Of a DNA stretch of 64,000 bases, positions 1 through 13,579 are shown piece after piece (position 1 is the first letter of the stretch; the number at the start of each line of letters is the position of its first letter). Below the pieces are notes generated by a model. It was not told the DNA's origin. It was given only the letters and a program-made list of their open reading frames with translations, and made no database searches. The DNA lies in NCBI GenBank assembly GCA_035221665.1, contig CM069158.1, forward strand, positions 27,094,001 to 27,158,000, written 5' to 3'. Origin of the DNA: Okamejei kenojei (Eukaryota). The translations under genes and the position numbers were made by a program.

Positions 1-462
1 GTCCTCCCCATAAACTATTGTAAACAGCTGAGGCCCCAAGGCACTGATCTTTGCTGCACTCCACTGGTTAGCATCTGCTAATAGAACATTTTATGGTTAC
101 CATCAAAAAAGAAACTGCAGAAAACATTCAGCAATTTAGGCAGCAAATGTGGAGGAAACTTTGCACTAAAAGTTATTCCCTTATCGTGTATCTATACACT
201 GTAAATTATGGCTCGATTGCAATTACGTGTCGTCTGTCCGCTGACTGGATAGCACGCAACAAAAGCTTTTCACTGTACCTCGGTACACGTGACAGTAAAC
301 TAAACTGAACTGAGAAGAACTGAACTGAGGAGATAAACAGGTTTTGAGATGTAGGGAAAGGTGAGGGGGGGGGGGGGGGGGGGAGAGAGAAAACAGAAGC
401 AAAGTTTCGTGGAAAGGCAGAAGTCAAGGTGGATTAACTCATGAATGAGACAGTGGCCGGTC

Positions 463-1292
463 TCTTCTTCTTGCATATGGCATGCACAGCCTAAAGTTGA
501 AGGACAACTTATTCTATTTGATCTTATTTGATTGTGCACACCAGGTTGACTGCATTCGTTGAAACAGGGCGGACCACGTGAAGGTTGCAACCTCCCACAC
601 AGTGGCCTGTGAGTGAGAGGGAGAACAGGTTTAGGGACATGAGATAGGGTAGCGGCCGGTATAAAGCCCCTGTCCCACTGCATGAGGTAATTCAAGAATT
701 CTCCCTGGTTTTCCCCTGATTCTAACTCGGAGAATGTCCGTAGCGGGTCTGTAGGAGTTTGTAGATGTCTCGTAGCGGCTCGTACGAGTAAAAAGCAACA
801 GGGATGCTTTTGCAGGGCTAAAAAACGTCTCGGGTTTACCGGATGTCCCGAGTACCTAACATTAGCATTATGAGCCGCTACGAGACATCCATGAACTCCT
901 ACGGACCCTCTATGGGCATTCTCCGAGTTTGGATCAGGGGAAAACTCGGGAGAACTCTTGAATTACCCCGTACATTGGGGCAGGGGCTTAAGTAATTAGG
1001 AGGAGTAGAATCATTACGTAGAAGAGTACAGCCTGTTAACAGGCCCTTCGGGTAAAATATATTTTATGCCCTCTACAGTTTGATTTATGAAGTTTGTGTT
1101 TTTGAAATAACGTGCTCAAATTTACACCTGGCAGCTTAGTCGAGTATATGGGGCGGGAGATTGCAACCTTCACGTGGTCCACCCTGTTTCGATGAATGCA
1201 ATCAACCTGGCGTGCACAAAAACAGAAGATCAAACAGAACAAGTTGTCTCACAACTTTATGCTGTGCACGCCATACGCAAGACGAGAAGAAG
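463..1292. repeat. Two inverted ~140-bp copies of a short retroposon end (463-600 minus; 1150-1292 plus)
   Basis: GGACCACGTGAAGGTTGCAA versus TTGCAACCTTCACGTGGTCC; both end in GAAGAAG-type tails pointing outward. Confidence 0.8.
665..988. mobile_element. PIF/Harbinger-type MITE (near-palindromic)
   Basis: Termini AGCCCCTGTCCCACTG...CATTGGGGCAGGGGCT with ~120 bp inverted arms; TAA on both sides. Confidence 0.8.
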
Positions 1293-1879
1293 TCGAGTAT
1301 ATGTTTAATTTACACGTATTTGAATTAAGCACTGCTTTTCAAGAACAGAACCCTTGAATAGAACGGGGGGTGCCTGTACTTGTTTCACTGTTAATATTAC
1401 ATAGGACATAGAACAGTACAGCACAGGGACAGATCCTTCGGCCCACAATGTCCGTGCCGAACACGATGCCAACTTCATTCAATCTCCTCAACTCCTGATG
1501 CATATCTCCCCATTCCCTATGGAATCCTCGCGCCCATCTAAAAGCATTACCCCTGGCAGCATGTTCCAGGCACCCTACACCCTCTGTGTAAAACACTTGC
1601 CCTGCACATTGCCTCTAAACTTTAGATTTCTCACCTAAAAAACCTCCCACCTTCAAGCTAAGCCCTCTAGTTGTTGACATTTCCACCCTGGGATGCAAGG
1701 TTCTGATTGTCTATCCTATCTATGGGTCTACTAATTTTAGATACTTCTATCAGGTCTCCTCTCCGCCTCCAGAAAAAGCAATCCAACTTTGTCCAGCCTC
1801 TCCGAATAGCGAATAGTCTTAAATCCTGGTAGATCAAAATCAATGTGTCCACAATCTATCCAGGCTACAACATTTATGA

Positions 1880-2085
1880 TGTGTAGGAAAGAACTGCAGA
1901 TGCTGGTTTAAATCGAAGGTAGACACAAAATGCTGGAGTAACTCAGCAGGACAGGCAGCAGCTCTGGAGAGAAGGAATGGGTGACGTTTCGGGTCGAGAC
2001 CCTTCTTCAATCTTCATCAGCCATTCCTTCTCTCCAGAGATGCTGCCTGTTCAGCTGAGTTCCTCCAGCATTTTGTGTCTACCTG
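1880..2085. repeat. Penelope-derived palindromic repeat (representative of many copies)
   Basis: GGTAGACACAAAATGCTGGAGTAACTCAGC...TCTGGAGAGAAGGAATGG mirrored by CCATTCCTTCTCTCCAGAGA...GCATTTTGTGTCTACC. Similar at 19260-19440, 41090-41270, 53820-54010 and 62790-62952. Confidence 0.8.
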
Positions 2086-5065
2086 CAACATTTATAAGCT
2101 GTTTTGTAACTAATATATTACTCTCACATCTATCTTTCTCCATTTCCATCAATTTCTTGCAATCCTTTGCTTGATTCTAAAATTATTCCAATCTTCAATG
2201 CCGACAATGTCAACTCTTCATGTCTGACCTTCTGATTTACTCCAGCTCCATTTTTTGTAAGCCAGCATCTGCAGTTCCTAGTTTCAACATCGCAAGCCTC
2301 TACTTTCATCTGATAATATTCTGAACTTTCCTTCTTAGCCACTGCTTGACCACTTTTTCTGTGCGAGATGTTAATATCGAGGGAACGAGTATTTTTTTTG
2401 CAAATGATAAATTATTAAAATTAATGGTATATCATCATATCAATAGACAATAGGTCCAGGAGTAGGCCATTCGGCCCTTCGAGCCAGCACCGCCATTCAA
2501 TGTGATCATGGCTGATCATCCCCAATCAGTACCCCGTTCCTGCCTTCTCACCATATCCCCTGATTCCGCTATTTTTAAGAGCCCTATCTAGCTCTCTCTT
2601 GAAAGCATCCAGAGAACCTGCCTCCACTGCCGTCTGAGGCAGAGAATTTCACAGACATTCCACAGATCGTGTGAATGCACTTCCAGCAAAGCACTAATGA
2701 TAAGGTTCGTTTAAAACAGACGCGTGCTGTTTGTCAGCTTTTGCCCGAGACTGCCACCAAGCGCTATAAATATTTAATATTTCAAGAGGAAATGAAGAAT
2801 GAGCTCCAAATGTTAGGATGGATAAATCCACCTTATGTATCCAAGGACTGGGATTATTTTGGCTTTAGTCTCTAATTTGTTTGGAACAAATTGAATTGCC
2901 TGGGGTTGGGTGGGGGAGGGGCACAGAAAGGAGGGGAGTGGGTGGGTGGGGGGTGGGGGGTGGGGGGGGGGGGGGGGGGTGTGAGGGGAAACAGGAGGGC
3001 TGTTACATAAATTGGAAAATTCATGAAGATGGACTATGAGACTGTAGGATGCATCACATCACACCATTTTCACCATGTCATAACCCAAGCAATTTATTAC
3101 AGGAATCGCTAATGGTGAAACAACATTGATCAGATGCATTTGCTGATCTGTGCCCAGTCCAGGAAGAGACATGGACACTTTCCTGCCAGTCTTCTGCCAG
3201 TGTCCGTGACTCCTGTTCAAGTCAAGGTTATGTACATTGGGGGAATCAAGAACCAGGGGACATAGGTTTAAGGTGAGGGGGAGGAGGAGATTTAAGTGCA
3301 AGTGCTCAAATGCAATGAGGTACAGATACGATGAAAATATTATTCAGCAGCACATAGACTCAGTCAACACACAAAAACATAGAGGCATAGAGTTATACAT
3401 TGTGGAAACAGGTCCTACAGCCCAACTTGACCATGCCATAAGAGTCATTGAGTCATGCAGTGTGAAAACAGGCCCTATAAATCAACTTGTTTATGCCGAC
3501 TAACATGCCTCATCTACACTAGTCCCACGTGCCTGCAATTGGCCCATATCACTCCAAACCTATCTTATCCATGTACCTGTCTAAATGTTTTTTTAATTGT
3601 TGCGATAGTACCTGCCTCAACTACCTCCTGCTCGTTCCATAAACCCACCACCCTTTGTATACGAAAGTTGCCCCTCAGGTTCCTATTAAATCTTTCCCCC
3701 CTCACCTTAAACCTACAGTATGTCCTCTGGTTTTTGATTCCCCTAAATTCTGTATATATTTTGCGCAAGAAAAAAAAAGTTCAAGAACAGACATGAGTGC
3801 TAAATGCAATCAGAAAGACAAGGCCTTGGCAGTGTAAGAGGTAATATATAATAAGCAACATTGTAAAATAATAATAAGCATGAAACTTGTTAAAAAAAAA
3901 AATGCCCACAGCCCTTTGTGCAACCAAAGATGGTCCATGGAAGTGTATAGTTGAGGTTAGTGTTGTGTAGTGTTCAAGAACCTGATGGTCGTTGGGAAGA
4001 AGTCACCACGGTCAGGCGACTCTCGGCATGCTAGTCCCAGAAATGGATCTGCAATCATTCATTACACTCACTCCACTCATTTAAACCTGTATTCCCTTTA
4101 TCCTGTATCTGTACATAGTGCGCTGCTTGATCGTAATCATGTCTAGTCTTTCCGCTGACTGGATAGCACTCAACAAAAAACATATTTTCACTGTATCTCG
4201 GCACACGTGGCAATAAACTAAACTAATGAAGCTATCCTTGAACCTGGTGGTCAGAGTTTTCAGACTCCTGTCCCTTCTTCCCAATGGAAGGAGTGTAATA
4301 GGGAGCATAACCAAGGTGGTCTGGGTCTTTGATGATGCGGGCTGCCTTTTTGAGGCAGCGCCTCCTATAGATCCCTTTGACTTGCAGTCCCATGTCATAT
4401 GTAGCCCTGGCAAACCACTATAAGAGATCTCATTGCACATCTGTTGTTTTGTCTGGAAAAAGTCATTTCAAAGTTTGGTACACGGGGCTTTCACATAACT
4501 GAGCACAAACAGCGATAAGTGTCACATCATTTTTCAGAGATAACTGTATGCCAAATGGATTGCGGTCAAAATATATCAAAGGACAACATTACTTTGGGTT
4601 TGTCTTCTATTAATACCCAGAATAAACTGTTCAAGCACTCTCCACAGCTGCTGATAACACCAGACACCGCTGTGGAACTAAATCTGGCCAGAACAAAGCT
4701 AGGGATCTCACACATTTGAGAAAGGAATGGTGCAATGGACGTTAAACAGCAAGACGAGTATTTTAATTTAGTGCAGAGGAGATGAGGAACCATTTTGGTT
4801 GGACAGGTGGATGCTAATGGCCGTTAGATTGGGAGAGATAGTTTAGTTTAGAGTTACCGTGAAAACAGACACTTCGGCCAACCCAGTCTGCATAGATCAT
4901 GATCACCTGTACACTAGTCTATCCTACACACTCAGGACAATTTACAGAGGCCAATTAACCTACAGATCTGTACGTCTTTGGAATGTGGCAGGAAAACGGA
5001 ATTCCGGGAGTAAACCCGTGCAGTCACAGGGAGAACGTACAAACTGCATGCAGACAGCACTCTTA

Positions 5066-5384
5066 AGGGCCTGTCCCACTGTACGAGTTCATTCAGGAGC
5101 TCTCCCGAGTTTAAAAAAAAAATCAAACTGATGGTAAGCACGTAGAATGTACATAACGGGTACGTCGGAGCTCGGGGACGTCTCTTAGCGGCTCGTAACG
5201 CTAATGGCAGGTACTCGGGAAACACGGTAAGCTCGTGAAGACTCGTGAAGATTTTTCAACATGTTTAAAAATGTCCACGTGAGCCCCGAGTACCTACGAG
5301 CGGCTATTACCGTAATTCTCCGAGTTCGAATCAGGGGAAACTCGGGAGAACTCTTGCATTACCTCGTACAGTGGGTCAGGCCCA
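5066..5384. mobile_element. PIF/Harbinger-type MITE inserted in a SINE
   Basis: AGGGCCTGTCCCACTGTACGAG...CTCGTACAGTGGGTCAGGCCC with TTA flanks. It shares sequence with 665-988. Confidence 0.8.
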
Positions 5385-7275
5385 TTAGTCAGGATCGAAC
5401 CCAGTTCTCTGCTGCTATAAGGCAGCAATTCTACCTCTGCACCACTATATTGAGGGTGTAGACAAGAGATTATTGGATAAAATGGAGGGCAGAGAATGTC
5501 GAGTTCAGCTAGAGGAAACTGATGCACAATTAGATATGATGCACTCGATGAATTGGGGAACACTAGTTGCATTACTAATTGGTTTCAATCTGAAACTAGA
5601 GATCTTTGGAAATCGACAGGCAGAAAAAAAGCTGTCCAAGAAAAAACTCTTCCATGTTGCATCCCTGCAGTATTCAGTCTCTGAAGAACGCAGCTGCCAC
5701 TTTCACCATGGGTGCCCCTTGCAATTGCTTCTATTGACACTTAACAGAACATAGAACAGTGCAGCGTAGGAACATTTGGCCCACAACATCCAATATCAAA
5801 TGTGATGCCAAGTTAAACTGATCTCCACAGCCTGCACATAATCCATATCCCTCCATTCTCTGCATATCCATGCACCTATCTAAACCTCTTCAATGCCACC
5901 ATCATGTCTGCCTCCACCACTACCCCTGGCAGCCCATTCCAGGCACCCATCACCCTCTGAGCAAAGAACTTGCCCCACAGATCTCCTTTAAACTTTATAA
6001 ATCTCACCTCAAGGGCTGATCACCTATTATGCTATTCTACTAAATAATGTAACATGTAACCTTCTATCCTTTTAGCTTGCCGTAACAAACATAAAATTAC
6101 AGTTATTAAAAAGACCTTAGTTTCTGAAAGTCTTGCAAGGAAAAATAACTGCTATTGCAAATCTGAAATTCTCAGTTCAGTTCAGTTTATTGTATCGAGG
6201 TACAGTGAAAAGCTTGTTGTTGCGTGCTAACCAGTTAGCAGAAAAACAATACATGATCATCATCAATCCATTTACAGTGCATAGATACATGATAAGGGAA
6301 TAACGTTTAGTGCAAGGTAAAGCCAGCAAGGATAGTCCAAGGGACATCAGAGGTAATTAGTAGTTTGGCACTGCTCTCTGGTTGTGGTAGGATGGATACA
6401 GTTGCCTGATAAAAGCAGGGAAGAAACTGTCCATGAATCTGGTGGTGCCTTACCCCTAACCCCCCTTTCCTTAATGACCACAGTTGTTTTTCTAAAATGA
6501 TTTTCTATGACACAAAGTTTCTTAGGAAAGCAATGTTAACATTATACCAGAGCTATCTGAAATTGAAGCTGTAGTTAATAAAGAAATCAACGCAGATCTG
6601 ATCAACATGTGGACAGAGGGTCCAGAGTCATAGTCACACACTCAAAAAACAGGTCCTTCAGCCCAACTTACCCACAACGACCACAATGCCCCATCTAAGC
6701 AGGTCCCAGCTCCCCGCATTTGGCCATAACCTTTCCTACCCATGTACCTGCGCAATTGTCCTTTATGGTACCTGCCTCAACTACCTCCTATGGCAGTTTG
6801 TTCCATATACTCCACCCTCTGAATTTGTTTTTTTTTATATTCTCTTTTATTATTTTTATTTTGTTGCTTTATTTTATTTTATTGTTTTTTTTAATTACAT
6901 TATATCAGACAAGAATTTTTGGGCATTAGTTTTTATTAAACTAATGTTAATTTAGCTTATTATCACGTGTACAGAGGTACAATGAAAAGCTTTTTTGATG
7001 CGTGCTATCCAGTCGGCAGAAAGACTATACATGATGACAGTCAGGCCATCCACAGATGTACAGATTACAGGATAAAGGGAATAACATTTAGTGCAAGATA
7101 GGGTCCAGTAAAGTCTGATTACAGATAGTTCGCAGGTCTCCAGTGAGGTAGCTGGTAGGTCAGGTGGATCTAGTTGGTGAAAGGATCGTTAGGTTGCCTG
7201 ATAACAGCTGTGAAGAAACGTCAAATTATTGGAGCATTAAAAATAACAATGGGTTGGCAGAAACAAATCACTCAC

Positions 7276-7396
7276 CATTTGAGTGACGTCTGATGTTTAG
7301 AGATACATCAATGCACAGCTGCCCTTCTTCACATTTGCCAGCCACTCCTCGAATGCTCAGAATGACGTACTTTGTCTCTTCATTAAAGCAAACAGA
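7276..7396 (-). CDS. AMH: Anti-Mullerian hormone, coding exon 3
   Basis: Acceptor cctgtttcAG, donor GTGAGT, 121 nt, phase 0 to 1. Translates SVCFNEETKYVILSIRGVAGKCEEGQLCIDVSLNIRRHSN; compare human SLCPSRDTRYLVLAV. Later exons (TGF-beta domain) were not found in the window. Confidence 0.87.
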
Positions 7397-7583
7397 CTGA
7401 AACAGGCAAATTCAATGTTATGGCTCAGCTAGAGTACATTCTTCCCAATATTCACCCCAAATGTCATAACATCATATAATTGAATTGGTTCTGTAAAGCC
7501 ATAGGCAATATTGCCAGCAAAGTAATAATATAAAGCAGGAAAAAAAAAAAAAATCAGAAAAATCAAGAGACAAGAATTAAGAG

Positions 7584-7878
7584 CGGCACAGTTGCGCAGC
7601 TGGTAGTGCTGCTGCCTCATAGTGCCAAAAGCCCGGGTTCGATCCCGACCTCAGGTGTTGTCTACATGGAGTTTTCATGTTCTTCCTGTGACCGCTTACG
7701 TTTGCTCTGTTTACCTCCCACTTCCCAAAGACGTACGCGTTTGCAGATTAATTGGCCTCTGTAAAATGACCCCAGTGTGTAGGGAGTTCCTACAAGAGTG
7801 GGATAACACAGAATGGAGGAATCGATGGGCAGCATGGGCTCAGTGGGCCAAAGGGCCTGCATCTTCAAACTAAACTAA
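7584..7878 (+). mobile_element. tRNA-derived SINE (HE1-like)
   Basis: A-box-like GGCACAGTTGCGCAGCTGGTAG, B-box GGTTCGATCC, conserved core, CR1-like tail ending (AAACT)n. Confidence 0.8.
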
Positions 7879-9449
7879 AAGCTACCTTCAATCTTCATCA
7901 CTGCTCTGTAATTGTTCATGTACAAAGCAAATTATGCCTATTTTGCTTTTGGAATAAAGAGTTAATTACAGAATTTATTACAGGGCTGTCAGGACTCGAG
8001 GGCCTGAGGTACAGGGACGGACGGACAGGGTCGGACTTTATCCCTTAGAGCGTAGGAGGTTGAGGGGTAATCTTATAGAGGTACATAAAATCATGAGGGG
8101 AATAGATAGGGTGAATGCACAGAGTTTTTTCCTCAGCGGACATAGATTCAATAGGAACCCAAAAGGCAATTTTGTTCACAGAGGGTGGTGGGTATATGGA
8201 TGCCAGAGGGGATAGTTGAGGCGGGTACTACAACAGCATTTAAAAGATATTTGGACAGGTACATGGAGAGGAAAGGTTTAGATGGATATGGGCCAAAAGC
8301 ATAGATGGGTGGGGCAAGCATAGACAGGTCTCTGACAGTGAGAGGGAGCAACTCTACCACTGCCCAGCTGTGCCACCCACTCATGCCTTACATTTTCAGT
8401 TCACTGACCCGTGTCCCCTTCCACCTCCATTTTCGGTCATAAGGTCATGTGATAGGAGTATAATTAGGCCATTCAGCCCATCAAGTCGACTCCACCATTC
8501 AATCATGGCTGATCTATCTCTCCCTCCTAACCCCATCTCCCTCCTCATCCCTCTGGCTTTGCATCTCACTCCTCTGCTCTCCTTACCTGATACCCTGTTG
8601 TCTTCTTTTCATCTCAAGCCTTTGTCACTTACTCCACCAAACTGATAGTCAAACCCTCCTCACCTGTATCCACCCATCACTCGCCAGGTTTTGACCCCCC
8701 ACCCCCCTCCCAGCTCCCTCCCCTCCACTACAGTCAGTGTGAAGAAGGGTCCCGACCAGAAACGTAGCCTGTCTATTCCCTCTGCAGATGTTGCCTGACC
8801 AACCGAATTCCTCCAGCACTTTGTGTTTTACTCAAGTTTCCAGCATCTGTAGTTTCTTGTGTCACCATCTGATTCTAACGTTTGTACAGGAGATAAATTA
8901 TATTGTTGTCCACAAGGCGTTAATAAGAATAAAGACGCCAGTGAGATGACAGTAATATCAAAATGTGTGACTTTCTCTCCCTGTTGGTAACTAAAAGACA
9001 TTTGAGACGCATGGTTTATTTCTGTTTGAAGTTACAGCTTTGTGGCTTAGTATAATAAACCTGATGGGATTAGTGACCTTATTTCCCCCTATAGTGAAAG
9101 GCAATTCAAATCTTGATTGAGTGCAAGTGAATTAAATGAGATTTAAAAATAATATCTTGAGTGTGGACTACATTCCTAATGCAGGCTGCATGGGTAGCCT
9201 GGATGGGAGCTATAAATAAATCCACAGCAGCTGCTCCCTAACGTAACAGCGGCTTGGGAAAAGATACCGGTAGCAATAGATATAAATATCTCAAAAGAAG
9301 ATTGAGTACCTGAGAAAATAAAGATTAATAAAAAACACAAGAGTGCAGGGGTAACTCAGTGGGTCAGGCAGCATTTCTAGACGACATGGATAGGCAGCCT
9401 TTTGGTTCAGGACCCTTTAGTTTTAGTTCAGAGATTGAATTGATTTGAT

Positions 9450-10150
9450 TGAATAAATTTTATTAGCCAAATATGTAGACAGTACATACACGGAATTTGC
9501 CTTGGCGCTTTGGCACTTTGCTCGCAAGTAACAACATGATATACAGTAGACAAATAAAAATAAAACATTATAATTTAAACATGTGAAGAATGAAATAAAA
9601 AACCAGAGCAAAAGGAGGCTACAGACGTTTGGCTGTTGAGTAGAGCTGCTGCTCGTGGGAAATAAAAATTGTTTTTTTGTCTGGCAGTGGCGGCTTTGAC
9701 AGTCCGGAGTCACCTTCCAAAGGGAAGTGCTTCGAAGAGTTTGTGGCCAGGGTGAGAGGGGTCAGAGATGATCTTGCCCGCTCGCTTCCTGGTCCTTGCA
9801 GTGTACAGTTCGTCAGTGGGGGGGGGGGGGGGGGGGGGGAGGTTGCAGCCAACAACCTTCTTGGCTGATCGAATGATGCGCTGCAGCCACTGGATGTCGT
9901 GCTTGATGGCTGAGCCAAACCAGACCATGATGGAGAAGGTGAGGACAGACTCTATGATGGCCATATAAAACGGGACCATCATTGCCTGTGACAGATTGTG
10001 TTTCTTCAGCTGCCGCAGGAAGTACATCCTCTGTTGGGCCTTTTTGACTGTGGAATCGATGGTGGCCCCCCCATTTAAGGTCCCTGGAGATGATGGTTCC
10101 AAGGAACTTAAATGACTCCACAGATGTGACTGTGGTGTTGTTGATGGTGA
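9450..10150 (-). mobile_element. Rex1/Babar-like LINE 3' fragment
   Basis: VESFKFLGTIIS; VKKAQQRMYFLRQLKK...FYMAIIESVLTFSIMVWFGS; DPSHPGHKLF; 3' UTR and tail. Confidence 0.85.
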
Positions 10151-11091
10151 GTGGGGGGGGGGGGGGGGGGGGGAGGGGGGGGGGGCAAATTACAGAGGCC
10201 AATTAAACCTACAGACCCGCACGCCTTTGGGATGTGGGAGGAAGTCAGGGCGCTTGGAAGAAACCCACACCATCATAGGGAGAACGTGCAAACTCCACGC
10301 AGACAGGTGAAGGATCGAACCTGGGTCTTTGGCACTGTGAGGCAGCAGCTCTATCAGCTGCGCCACTGTGCCTCCTTTCTTCACACTATAAAGATACTGC
10401 CTGAACAACTGTGTTGCACCAGCAATCTATTCTATGCAATATACCAGCATCTTGCGTCTTCAAAATTCAGAGAAGGTCAGTAATAATCTGTTCATTTTTA
10501 CCTTTACTTAGGGAAGAGGCCCCAGAATAAACTGCGCTAAAACTAATTTTGATGCAAAAACAAACATATTCCAATTCGGAAGCTACACCATGAAAAGAAT
10601 TAGCATCCTGGTTTAGCTACCATTTTAATTAGCAACCATTAAGCAACCATTTTAACTCTTCTTCCCATTCAAATACCAACTGCCAAATGGTATGAGCATT
10701 GAATTCTCCAATTTTAGGTAAATAACCAACAATGCTTTGCCCCTCCCCATCCCCTTCCACCTATATCCTTTCAAACCTCTTCTCTCCTCATCTCACATCC
10801 TTAGTATCTTTTAATCTCAGGTCCTTGTCCATCCATCTCGCCTGCATCCACCTATCACTTGTCAGATTTTGTCCCACCCCTAACTCTCCTCCAGCTTTCT
10901 ACCCCCCATCCAATCAGTCTGAAGAACGAACCCGACCCGAAACATTGCCTGTCCATGTTCTCCAGAGATGCTGTCTGATTCACTGAGTTACTCCAGCTGA
11001 GTTATCTTTATTTGGCATCATTTTAGTATTATTTTATGCATTTTTTATTTTCAATTATTTTTTTTAGGTACAATAATAAAAAGAAAATCAC

Positions 11092-11273
11092 CTGATGTTT
11101 CTCCAAATGAACTTCATGGAATCGGAATACATTTTCATTTTCAAAGATATCCCCTTGGCTTCGTCCAATATAAAACACCAGCAGAGACATCTCTGATTCT
11201 TCTATCAGCCGAAGAAGGTTTCTTTCAGATGCCATCTTAAATTGGAGCTGCAGGTTGTATCCTTTCCAGTTTA
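11092..11273 (-). CDS. AMH: Anti-Mullerian hormone, coding exon 2
   Basis: Acceptor ttttccatacAG, donor GTGATT, 182 nt, phase 1 to 0. Translates (V)NWKGYNLQLQFKMASERNLLRLIEESEMSLLVFYIG...LEKHQ; compare human VTWEPTPSLRFQ...ELALLVLYPG...GAQ. Confidence 0.85.
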
Positions 11274-11524
11274 CTGTATGGAAAAGGAAAGAGGGGTTAA
11301 GAGTTTTAGTTTAGCCTAGAGATGCAGCGTGGAAACAGGCCCTTCTGCCCGCAAGTTCGGCATTTATCAGAGATACGGCAACAGTTCACGTTGGCACAGT
11401 GGCACAGCTGGTAAAACTACTGCCCCGCAGCACCAGAGACGTGGGTTTGATCCTGACCCTGGGTGCTCGCAGTGAGTGAGGTTCACACCTCCTCCCCGTG
11501 ATCGCGTGGGTTTCCTACAAATTT

Positions 11525-11826
11525 TTAGTTTTTTAGTTTTGTAGATACAGCCCAGAAACAGGCCCTTCGGCCCACCGAGTCCGAACCAACCAGCGATCTC
11601 CGCACATTAACAAAACCCTACATACACTAGGGACAACTTACACATACATCAAGCCAATTAACCTACATACGCGCACGTCTTTGAAGTGTGGGAGGAAACC
11701 GAAGATCTCGGAGAAAACCCACGCAGTAATGGGGGAGAACGTACAAACTCCATACAGGCAGCACCCGTAGTCTGGATCGAACCCGGGTCTGTAAGGCAGC
11801 AACTCTACCGCAGCGCCACCGTGGCC
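11525..11826 (-). mobile_element. tRNA-derived SINE (HE1-like)
   Basis: Same family as 7584-7878, reverse orientation. Confidence 0.8.
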
Positions 11827-13579
11827 GCCCAAGTGCTCCCTATTCCTCCCACTTCTCAAAGAGGTGCAGGTTTAAAGGTTATTTGACCTCTGCAAGATTG
11901 TCCTAATATGTGAGAAAGCGCAGCAACACAGAGCTAGTGTGAACACAGAGCTAATATGATGAAAATGATATTCCCCACTCTGTCTCTTCCCCTTTGGTCT
12001 ATCCAATGTACTTAAATGTGAGTTGGTTATTTCTATGTATAGTATTATCTGATCTGTTTGGAAAGCATGAAAAACACTGTACCTAAGTAAACGTGATAAT
12101 AATAAACCTTCACCTAAAATTGCTGTTAAGAAAATGTATCACCCTAAGCAACATAGAACAGTGCAATTACAGGAACAGGCCCGTCAACCCACGGTGTCTC
12201 TGCCAAACATGGTGCCAAGATAAACTAATCTCCTCTGCTTGCACGTGACTCCCTAAATATTCATGTGCCTACCCAAAAGCCTCTTAAATATATCTATTGC
12301 ATCTGCCTCCACCAATATCCTTGGCAGCGCGTTCCAGGCACCCAACACTCTCTCTATATAATAGCTTGTCCCACACATCTCCTTTAATCTTTGCCCCTCT
12401 CACCCTAGAGCTATGCCCTCTAGTATTTGACATTACATCTTACATTGCACTACACCTTTCAGTGTACAGTAGGTATATTGCTGTGAATTTGGCACCTTTT
12501 TTTGTAGTGTATGTAGAGATACCTTCAAGAATTGAGTATACTATGTGATATACCTTTTGATACATATTATTATGTACTGCTATTGAATCTTGTCTGCCTA
12601 CAATGAAGGGCATTCTGTTCATTCTCTCTCTCTCTCTGCCTTTAATTTGCCTTTGGAAGCCACAGCACTTAAGAAGCTTCAGATTCTATATTTAAATGAG
12701 AAATTGAATAAATGTCTATATTTTGGTATAATTAACAGCCATTTGGCAACTTGTAAATATGGTTTAATACAAATAATTTCTCAGAATTATACTTTATAGG
12801 TTTTTAAATAAACTAAACAAATAAATAAAATAATAGATAATAAATAAATAAACAAATAAAATAAACGATGTCAACTAAATAACATCCCACTTCTGGTCTG
12901 AGTAAATGCAAAATGTTTGAGCTGTGAATTAAGATGAAGACCATTCAGTTCTCATCCCAAAATGTATTTATTTGTCAAAGATATTGCAGCAGTATCTAAA
13001 AGAACTTTTGTGTGGGCCACAATTACACTTCAAAGACGTCAGGTCAGATTTTATATTATTGCTGCACAAGAATGCTAATAAGGTCGGCAGTAATTGTCAT
13101 TTCCCAACTTCCCTGACGAAGGCGCTGGTGAGCAGCTTCTTGGAATCGTTGCATCCGAGTGATGTGAGAAAGTTCAGGATTACAGCTCAGTGAAGATGAA
13201 GAACATATTTCAAAGAGGGTACTTTTGAAAAATAAACTTCTGGTGATGGAATTTCTATGCAGTGGCTATACTTGTCCTTTTTCGAGGTTGATAGCTATGG
13301 AGGTGCTGCTTTGCATCTTATAAACGGTAGATACTGTCATCACAGTACTTGGGGTAGAGGAGGCAACTGTCTATGTTGGTGGGTGGAACAGCAGGCAAGC
13401 AGATTGCTTTATCCTGGGTTGTTGAGGCTCTTGACCATTGTCATCCAGGCACGTAGAGAGTGCTCCATCACACCCCCTGCCTTATAGTTGGTTGAAGGAC
13501 TTTGGGCATTCAAGAGGCAATTCACCAACCAACACAGATCCAGCCTTTGATCTGCTCTTGAGGCCACAGTAGCAATAGC

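Noticed and set aside
1-7275. AMH exon 4 (LLFG...TP.LLL-type motif)
   Set aside because: No convincing match with a suitable acceptor was found by eye; probably outside the window.
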